In this document: positions 16,571 through 22,959 of the stretch, one piece after another
How the letters are laid out: each line of letters begins with the position of its first letter
How positions within the stretch are numbered: the stretch's first letter is position 1
Assembly: GCA_944332995.1 (NCBI GenBank)
Contig: CALVKR010000004.1
Coordinates: forward strand, 88,504-152,503
Direction of reading: 5' to 3'
DNA length: 64,000 nt
Origin: an uncultured Clostridia bacterium
GTDB taxonomy: Bacteria; Bacillota; Clostridia; Christensenellales; CAG-917
Program-made: the position numbers and the translations under genes
Notes under the pieces: model-generated
The model's database searches: none
What the model was told of the DNA's origin: nothing
What the model saw: only the letters and a program-made list of their open reading frames with translations

Positions 16571-17209
16571 ATGGAAAAAGCGTCAAAAGCCACCATACAG
16601 AGGTTACCCAGATACTTGCGCTATCTCAACGAGTGCAAGCGCAAAGGTTTATCCACCATATCGTCTACTACGATAGCGGGCGATATGCAGCTCAATTCCG
16701 TGCAGGTGCGAAAGGATCTTTCCGTCGTGTCAAGCGTTGCGGGAAAGCCGAAACTCGGTTTTGAAGTGGATATACTGATAAAGGATATCGAGGGATACCT
16801 CGGCTATAACAACACGAGCGAAGCGGTTATCGCCGGCGTGGGAGGGCTCGGCCGCACCCTGCTCTCATACGACGGCTTTAAAAAATACGGGCTTTATATC
16901 GTCGCAGGGTTCGACGTCAACGAAAAGGTCGTCGGGACGCAAATCAACGGCGTCAACGTCTATTCCTTTGACGAGCTTGCCGACTATGTCAAAAAGAATA
17001 ACATCTATATCGGCATTATCACCACCCCGAAAGCGGTTGCTCAGGAGATTGCCGACACGATGATTTCGGCAGGAATCAAGGCTATCTGGTCGTTTGCCCC
17101 CTGCCATTTGAAACTGCCCGAAAATATTGCCTTAAAACAAGAGGATATGGCGTCGTCGCTTGCCATACTCTCAAAAAGACTGTCCGAGATTTTAAACAAC
17201 GAAGATTAA
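16571..17209 (+). CDS. rex: redox-sensing transcriptional repressor Rex
   Basis: ATIQRLPRYLRYL..ISSTTIAGDMQLNSVQVRKDLS..IAGVGGLGRTLL..GIITTPKAVAQE. Confidence 0.9.
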   Translation: MEKASKATIQRLPRYLRYLNECKRKGLSTISSTTIAGDMQLNSVQVRKDLSVVSSVAGKPKLGFEVDILIKDIEGYLGYNNTSEAVIAGVGGLGRTLLSYDGFKKYGLYIVAGFDVNEKVVGTQINGVNVYSFDELADYVKKNNIYIGIITTPKAVAQEIADTMISAGIKAIWSFAPCHLKLPENIALKQEDMASSLAILSKRLSEILNNED

Positions 17210-17246
17210 GTGCGGCGCATAAATATGCAATCAAAAAAATATAAAA

Positions 17247-17276
17247 ATAAAAACGCCTTAAAGGCGTTTTTTTTAT
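17247..17276. terminator. bidirectional intrinsic terminator (rex / PHP gene)
   Basis: AAAAACGCC-TTAAA-GGCGTTTTTTTT. Confidence 0.7.
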
Positions 17277-17338
17277 ACTCGCTCAGCCGAGCGGTTTTAT
17301 CGCACGGTTTTTCGCATGGTTTTGTCGGCGCTATTTCT

Positions 17339-18148
17339 TTAATTAAAGGGCGCAAAGTTTTCCTGACCCTTTATAAAATAAGTAAAGCCTTTAAATCCTA
17401 TGCCCTTCAAAAGGGCGACTGTTTCGTCGTAATCTTTATATACATCGCCCCTGTGAGCGTCCGAACCGAAAGAAATTTTCCTGCCGCCGAAAGCGTAATA
17501 TTTTTCTAAAATCTCTCTGTTGGGGCAAAGCGCATGATGAGTGTTTACCTCGAGCGTCTTGCCCTTTTCTATGATTTTTTTGAGAATTTTTTCAAGCAAT
17601 TCCTCAAACTCGCCGTAGTGCATGACGGGGTCGGGATAGCTTGCGTTTCTCGTGCAATAGCCTATATGCCCCACTATATCGTAGCGGTATTCTACGTCAA
17701 GGCTTTTGAGCACCTTTTCGAGATACAGCGTATACGCCCTGTCTTTGGGATATTTATCGAATATCATCGGGAAATACACGTCATATCCTTCCACAAAGTG
17801 CACGGAGTTTATAACGACGTCAAAAGGATATTGTTTGATTATTTCAACGTAGTCTTTGCTTGCCGCCTCGTCGTAGCCTGCCTCTATACCGAAAGCGAGA
17901 TAAAAATCTTTGTTCTCTTTTTGGGATATCTCGTGTTTTACTTTTTTATATTCTTCAAAATAAGCGGCGAGCTCAAGCTGTCCCCACCCGTCGGGAGCGT
18001 TGTTGCCCTCTTGCAAAACGTCACGGTCGCAGTGGTCGGTAACGGCAAGATAACTCCCGTTTGCCTCTATCGCCCTCTTTGCCATTTCACTTATCGGAAT
18101 ATGACCGTCGGGCGAGAATATCGAATGACTGTGGCTGTCCGTTTTCAT
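17339..18148 (-). CDS. PHP-family histidinol-phosphatase-like protein
   Basis: MKTDSHSHSIFSPDGH..VTDHCD..SVHFV..GHIGY..LEVNTH..GSDAH. It overlaps the upstream gene by ATGA. Confidence 0.8.
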   Translation of the reverse strand: MKTDSHSHSIFSPDGHIPISEMAKRAIEANGSYLAVTDHCDRDVLQEGNNAPDGWGQLELAAYFEEYKKVKHEISQKENKDFYLAFGIEAGYDEAASKDYVEIIKQYPFDVVINSVHFVEGYDVYFPMIFDKYPKDRAYTLYLEKVLKSLDVEYRYDIVGHIGYCTRNASYPDPVMHYGEFEELLEKILKKIIEKGKTLEVNTHHALCPNREILEKYYAFGGRKISFGSDAHRGDVYKDYDETVALLKGIGFKGFTYFIKGQENFAPFN

Positions 18149-19941
18149 TTGTCACCTTTCGGGGTCAATACCGCCTTTATTCTTCTCACGCCTGCCGACG
18201 AGCTTTGCTCTTTGACTATTTTGAACTCGCCGAGATCTTGGGTATTTTTCGCATGCGGTCCGCCGCATATTTCCTTTGAAAAGCCTATTGTATAAACTTT
18301 TACCCTTTCGCCGTATTTAGAGGTAAACACGCCTATGGCGCCCTGCGCCTTTGCCTCGTCCACCGTCATTTCCTCGCACTTTATCTCAATGCCCTTGCCG
18401 ATTTCCTCGTTGACTCTCTTTTCCACCGCTTCGATTTCCTCTTTGGTCAAGGGACGGTCGAAGTTAAAGTCGAAACGGAGCCTCTCCGCCGTGATGTTGC
18501 TGCCCTTTTGCATAATGGAATTGTCGTGCAGCACCTCTTTTAAAGCGGCGTTTAAAAGGTGCGTGGCGCTATGCAGTTTTGCCGTCTCCTCGGTGGAATC
18601 GGCAAGTCCGCCCTTAAACTTTTGGTCTGCGCCGAGCTTGGATTTTTCCTGATGCTCTTTAAACGCCTTTTCATAGCCGTCTGTGTCGACGTCAAAGCCG
18701 TTTTCCGAGGCAAGCTCCACCGTCATCTCAAGCGGAAAACCGAAAGTGTCGTAAAGCCTGAAAGCGGTTTTTCCCGGCACGGTTTTGGTGGGTATATGAG
18801 TGATGACCTTTTCAAATTCCTTCAGTCCCTGTTCCAAGGTCTTGCCAAAGCGCTCCTCCTCGAGTTTAAGCTCGCTTATTATCTTGTCGGCGTTGGCTTT
18901 GATAAACTCGTAGACGTCGCCGTATTTTGCGATATACAGCTTTGCCACTTCCTCAAGCGAGCCGTCCGGCAAACCGAGCTTTTTGGCATAGCGGACGCTG
19001 CGGCGGATAAGACGTCTTAAGACGTAGCCTTGGTCGACGTTGGACGGAGTTATTCCGTTTATATCGCCGAGCATAAACGTTGCCGTGCGGATATGGTCGG
19101 CAATAATTCTCATTGCCACCATATCTTCGCCTCCGTCGGAATATGTTTTGCCCGACATCTTCTCGAGCGCTTTGATTGCAAAATCGAAAAGGTCGGTTTC
19201 GTAAACGGATTTAAAGCCGTTGATTATGCAAAGCGTTCTTTCGAGTCCCATACCCGTATCCACGTTCTTTTTGGCAAGCGGAGTGAAGTTTCCGTTTGCG
19301 TCTTTAAAGTATTGCATGAACACGTTGTTCCAGATTTCGAGATATTTTCCGCAGTCGCAGGCAGGCGAGCAGGTTTCCGAACACTTGGGTTTGCCAGTGT
19401 CGATAAACATTTCCGTATCCGGTCCGCAAGGTCCTGTTACTCCTGCCGGTCCCCACCAGTTATTCTTTTTGGGAAGGAAGAAGATATGCGAGCGGTCAAC
19501 GCCGAGGCTTGCCCATATATCGGCGGATTCGTCGTCTCGGGGGCAGGATTCGTCGCCTGCGAAAACGCTGACGGACAGCCTTTCGAGCGGTATGCCCAAA
19601 ACTTTGGTCAAAAAGTCAAACGACCAGCTTATCGCCTCTTTTTTGAAATAGTCGCCCAGCGACCAGTTGCCGAGCATTTCAAAGAAAGTGCAATGCGATG
19701 CGTCGCCCACTTCCTCTATATCGCCCGTGCGAACGCATATCTGCACGTCGGTAAGTCGTGTGCCTCTCGGGTGCTTTTCGCCCAGAAGATAAGGGACGAG
19801 CGGATGCATTCCCGCCGTGGTGAACAATACGGTCGGGTCGTTTTCAGGGATAAGCGATGCCGTCGGGATAATAGCGTGTCCCCTTTCGGCAAAAAAGTTT
19901 AAATACTTTGTTCTCAGTTCGTTTGACGTCAGTTTTTCCAT
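18145..19941 (-). CDS. alaS: alanine--tRNA ligase, short form (598 aa; no C-Ala domain)
   Basis: FTTAGM, CVRTGD..HCTFFEMLGNWSLGDYFK, GPCGPDTEMF, LEIWNNVFMQY and VDTGMGLER are catalytic-core motifs. The editing motifs HSATHLL and ICGGPHA are present. The protein ends about 30 aa after the CxxxH motif. Confidence 0.85.
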   Translation of the reverse strand: MEKLTSNELRTKYLNFFAERGHAIIPTASLIPENDPTVLFTTAGMHPLVPYLLGEKHPRGTRLTDVQICVRTGDIEEVGDASHCTFFEMLGNWSLGDYFKKEAISWSFDFLTKVLGIPLERLSVSVFAGDESCPRDDESADIWASLGVDRSHIFFLPKKNNWWGPAGVTGPCGPDTEMFIDTGKPKCSETCSPACDCGKYLEIWNNVFMQYFKDANGNFTPLAKKNVDTGMGLERTLCIINGFKSVYETDLFDFAIKALEKMSGKTYSDGGEDMVAMRIIADHIRTATFMLGDINGITPSNVDQGYVLRRLIRRSVRYAKKLGLPDGSLEEVAKLYIAKYGDVYEFIKANADKIISELKLEEERFGKTLEQGLKEFEKVITHIPTKTVPGKTAFRLYDTFGFPLEMTVELASENGFDVDTDGYEKAFKEHQEKSKLGADQKFKGGLADSTEETAKLHSATHLLNAALKEVLHDNSIMQKGSNITAERLRFDFNFDRPLTKEEIEAVEKRVNEEIGKGIEIKCEEMTVDEAKAQGAIGVFTSKYGERVKVYTIGFSKEICGGPHAKNTQDLGEFKIVKEQSSSAGVRRIKAVLTPKGDK

Positions 19942-20101
19942 TGTGTCCTCTATGATTTATAATAACCTTTGGTGTTTTCAGTTTATCGCCGTCAAGATTT
20001 TACGGCAGATTTATTATAGCACGTTTTTTTTGCTCCGTCTTATTTTGAAGCCAAAAACATTTAATATAACAAGTTTTATTCAAGCCGTCGTGACGCTTAG
20101 G

Positions 20102-20154
20102 ATAAAAAACGGCAAAAACGCTTAAATGCGAATTATAATAAACGAGTTTTTGCC
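20102..20154 (-). terminator. intrinsic terminator (long loop) after the zinc-ribbon membrane gene
   Basis: Minus sense GGCAAAAAC, 26 nt, GTTTTTGCC followed by GTTTTTTAT. Confidence 0.5.
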
Positions 20155-20202
20155 TTTTGCCCCGTCTGCGCTATGCGCTCGTCAGGAGATATATAAGGCG
20201 GA

Positions 20203-20862
20203 TTAAAGGTGAAACTTTCTTTTGATTTCCTCTTTGAGCACGCCGTTGCCTGCCAAAAAGCCGTAAAGCAAAGCGAATATCAAAAGCGCACCCGAACACA
20301 CCGCACACATTATCGTCGGCCACAGCACCTCTCCGCCCGCGACAAGGTTGTATATAAGCGGAACGGAGCCGAGCAAAACGACTATTATTAAATATAAAAC
20401 GTATTGCCCCGCCCTCTTAGTTGCGAGCGAAAGTATCATAAGCAGTATACCGCTGAACACTATCAAAAACGGCACTGCGTAGGTTGCCGCCCATCTGACG
20501 GAAGGGCTGAGGTTTTCAAGAGAATACGCCACCGCCACAAGCGCCGCCGTCTGCAAAAATATTTTGGTGCCTGCGTTACGCTTTGAAAACACGGTTACGA
20601 AAATTATAAAGCCGTATACGAGCAAAGCCACCACGGGAAGCGCCCATAAAAACTGATGCGGCAAAACAAGGTTTACGGTCAGGCACACCACGCTTGCGAT
20701 AAGCGATATCAATATATACACAAAGCTGAACGTGACTGATTTTTTTCTGCCCGTCTTTTTGATGATAGGATAATTTAAATTGTCTTCGTCGAGCGGTCTG
20801 TGGCACAGAGGACAAACTCTCGCCGCACCCACCACTTCGACGCCGCAATGCTTACAATACAT
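20203..20862 (-). CDS. zinc-ribbon polytopic membrane protein (DUF6320-like, from memory)
   Basis: N-terminal CKHC..13 aa..CPLC, then about six TM helices. It overlaps the upstream acyltransferase gene by 11 nt. Confidence 0.7.
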   Translation of the reverse strand: MYCKHCGVEVVGAARVCPLCHRPLDEDNLNYPIIKKTGRKKSVTFSFVYILISLIASVVCLTVNLVLPHQFLWALPVVALLVYGFIIFVTVFSKRNAGTKIFLQTAALVAVAYSLENLSPSVRWAATYAVPFLIVFSGILLMILSLATKRAGQYVLYLIIVVLLGSVPLIYNLVAGGEVLWPTIMCAVCSGALLIFALLYGFLAGNGVLKEEIKRKFHL

Positions 20863-22129
20863 TTTGCTCCTCCCTGAAGTTGGACATAACCGAAACCTTT
20901 ACTCCGTCGGAAACCATCTTGGTGAAGAAAAGCCTTTCTATTTCCGTTTCGACAATCGTTCTTGTAAACGTAATCATCAGTTTGTCGCCCGTAGTGACGG
21001 CGGCGCAGTTGACGGGATTGTTTTTGGATACGTTGAGATTGAATATGATTTTATCCACTCCCATACCCTCGGGAAGCTCGGTAACGCCGAGATTGGAAAA
21101 TATGACCGTGTGCCTTGCCTTGTAAAATATCTTGCCTATTCGTATAAAGAGATACTTTAACGGCAGCACCAAAAATTTGAAGAAGGGCAGGCTCTGTCCT
21201 TTGACCGTCGTGTTGATGAGATTTTGCATTTCCTGCTTTGTCATAACTTTTTCCATTTGCTCTTTTACTTTTTGCACCATATCTTCAAACGTTTCCACCT
21301 CTTTGGGGTTGACGCATATTTTGACAAACGAAACAAAGTTTTTTAAGCTCTTTGAAGGAAACTGCACTCTGAAGTTTACGGGAAGCATTAAAACAAACGG
21401 CTTGTTTTTCTTTTTGGAGCGAGTTATAAAAGCGTAAGATAAAACGGCGCAAAGATACTGCGTAAGCGTGCAACCGTATTTTTTTGCCGTTTCCTTTAGC
21501 TGCGACGCAGAAATCTCGCCCGTTATCGTTCCGTAGCCTGCACCGACAAAATGATGACCTTTAGTTATCATCGGGCTTTTGCCGGTAAAACGGTCTAAGC
21601 CGAGGTCTTTTAGTTTAGTCTTTAAAGCGTAACGGCTGAAGCTGTCCTCGAGCTCCTCGGGAGTTATTTCCTCATCAAAGTTTATGACCTTGCCGCCAAC
21701 GGGTTTATGCCCCGTCAAAAGCGAATATTTATAAAGTATAGCCTTGAAAAACACGAGCGCACCCACGCCGTCGGTTAAACCGTGGAAAATATCGAGCGCT
21801 ATCTTTTTGCCGAAGTAGCAAAGCCTGAATTGATAACCGTTAGTTTTTTTAGTGTCTATACGGCGGAGCAAAATTCCGTCGTCCTCGAATATATTGAAAG
21901 GCTCCTCATTCTCCTCAAAATAATACCAAAACACACCCGTGCGCTGTTTTACCTTGAACAGAGGAAAGCGGACGATTGCCTCGCATAGCGCCTGTCTGAG
22001 CTTTTCCGGGTCTACCTTGTCGTCGAGAAGCGCACTGAGACGAAATATGCTCTGCGTGTTCCTCGTCGTCAGAACGGGATAGAATGAAGCCGCATAATCG
22101 AGTTTAAACCATTGAAGCGTTTTTTTCAT
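20852..22129 (-). CDS. HxxxDG acyltransferase (condensation / alcohol-acetyltransferase-like superfamily)
   Basis: The 425-aa protein has FHGLTDGVGAL at about residue 125, the position and form of the HHxxxDG catalytic motif. Confidence 0.7.
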   Translation of the reverse strand: MKKTLQWFKLDYAASFYPVLTTRNTQSIFRLSALLDDKVDPEKLRQALCEAIVRFPLFKVKQRTGVFWYYFEENEEPFNIFEDDGILLRRIDTKKTNGYQFRLCYFGKKIALDIFHGLTDGVGALVFFKAILYKYSLLTGHKPVGGKVINFDEEITPEELEDSFSRYALKTKLKDLGLDRFTGKSPMITKGHHFVGAGYGTITGEISASQLKETAKKYGCTLTQYLCAVLSYAFITRSKKKNKPFVLMLPVNFRVQFPSKSLKNFVSFVKICVNPKEVETFEDMVQKVKEQMEKVMTKQEMQNLINTTVKGQSLPFFKFLVLPLKYLFIRIGKIFYKARHTVIFSNLGVTELPEGMGVDKIIFNLNVSKNNPVNCAAVTTGDKLMITFTRTIVETEIERLFFTKMVSDGVKVSVMSNFREEQNVL

Positions 22130-22135
22130 AGGAAT

Positions 22136-22164
22136 ATATTATGCCTAAAAGCATATAAAGTCAA
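22136..22164 (-). promoter_or_regulatory. sigma-A promoter positioned for a leaderless acyltransferase transcript
   Basis: Minus sense TTGACT, 17 nt, TAATAT, then 6 nt (ATTCCT) and the ATG at 22129. No SD. Confidence 0.6.
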
Positions 22165-22175
22165 GCAAGTCCGAG

Positions 22176-22203
22176 GCATAACCGCCCTGCGCCGTCATAT
22201 ACT
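22176..22203 (+). promoter_or_regulatory. candidate sigma-E-type sporulation promoter of yabP-yabQ
   Basis: GCATAA, 14 nt, CATATACT resembles the Bacillus SigE consensus (-35 ATA-rich, -10 CATACA-T). yabPQ is SigE-dependent in B. subtilis. Confidence 0.3.
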
Positions 22204-22217
22204 TTAAAGGGGGAATT

Positions 22218-22490
22218 ATGGAAGAAAAAAAAGTTAAATCGCACAATTTAAAATATGAAAGCGAAAAGAAAATTTTTATCGGCGGGGTAAAGGCTGTGGA
22301 TTCCTTTTCCGAAAAACAAATTTTGGCGTCGCTCGACAACGGCAAACAACTCACGATAAACGGCGAGGGTCTCACAATCACCAACCTCGACACGGAAACG
22401 GGCAATGTGGAAATTGAGGGAAAGGCGCATCAGTTTTCCTACTCCGTCAAGCAGACGCCCAAGTCGATTTTGAAAAAGATTTTCAAATGA
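22218..22490 (+). CDS. yabP: sporulation protein YabP
   Basis: KIFIGGVKAVDSFSEKQILASLDNGKQLTINGEGLTITNLDTETGNVEIEGK follows the YabP/YqfC pattern. GGGGGA SD. Confidence 0.8.
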   Translation: MEEKKVKSHNLKYESEKKIFIGGVKAVDSFSEKQILASLDNGKQLTINGEGLTITNLDTETGNVEIEGKAHQFSYSVKQTPKSILKKIFK

Positions 22491-22804
22491 GTCAGCCGAT
22501 ACCCGTTCAGCTTTTATGCGCTCTCGTGTGCCTTGGCGCAGGAGCGGCAGGCGGAATTTTGTTTTTCGCTTTAAATCAAATAAAGACAAAACGAATTATC
22601 CGAGCCTTATCAGACTTCCTTTTTGCGGTAGCTTCTCTTGCCGCCTTTTTGGCTTGCGTGCAGGTATACGGCAAAGGCGACGTCAAATTTTTTCATGGCC
22701 TTTTCTTTGTAAGCGGAACGGCAATTGTAAACTTTATTTTAAACAAACTCAAACGCTTTGCCAAAGAATACCGTGAAGAGCATCTGAAAAGCTCGGATAC
22801 GTAA
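22487..22804 (+). CDS. yabQ: spore cortex biosynthesis protein YabQ
   Basis: Small three-TM protein that overlaps the yabP stop by 4 nt, which is the canonical yabP-yabQ arrangement. Confidence 0.7.
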   Translation: MSQPIPVQLLCALVCLGAGAAGGILFFALNQIKTKRIIRALSDFLFAVASLAAFLACVQVYGKGDVKFFHGLFFVSGTAIVNFILNKLKRFAKEYREEHLKSSDT

Positions 22805-22884
22805 AAGCCGAAGTTTTAGTTTGAAAAAGACTGAGTTTAAAATTTTTTAATCCGCTGAAATGAAAATTTAAAAGCGGCAAAGAT

Positions 22885-22917
22885 AAAAAACGCGCCATTC
22901 GGCGCGCCTTTGTTTTA
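22885..22917. terminator. bidirectional intrinsic terminator
   Basis: AAAAAA-CGCGCC-ATTC-GGCGCG-CCTTTGTTTT, between convergent genes. Confidence 0.7.
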
Positions 22918-22959
22918 ATATCCGAGATTTATATTTAATCTTAAGACATTGTTTTAAAT

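Noticed and set aside
17534-18295. Long antisense ORFs opposite conserved genes. Examples are 17534..18295, 19030..19902, 23476..24153, 42681..43532, 52932..53687, 15762..16430, 40364..40750 and 37047..37529.
   Set aside because: Each lies entirely inside a gene whose product has clear family motifs on the other strand. Their translations are R/F/V-rich with no recognisable motifs and no SD. They are typical shadow ORFs.
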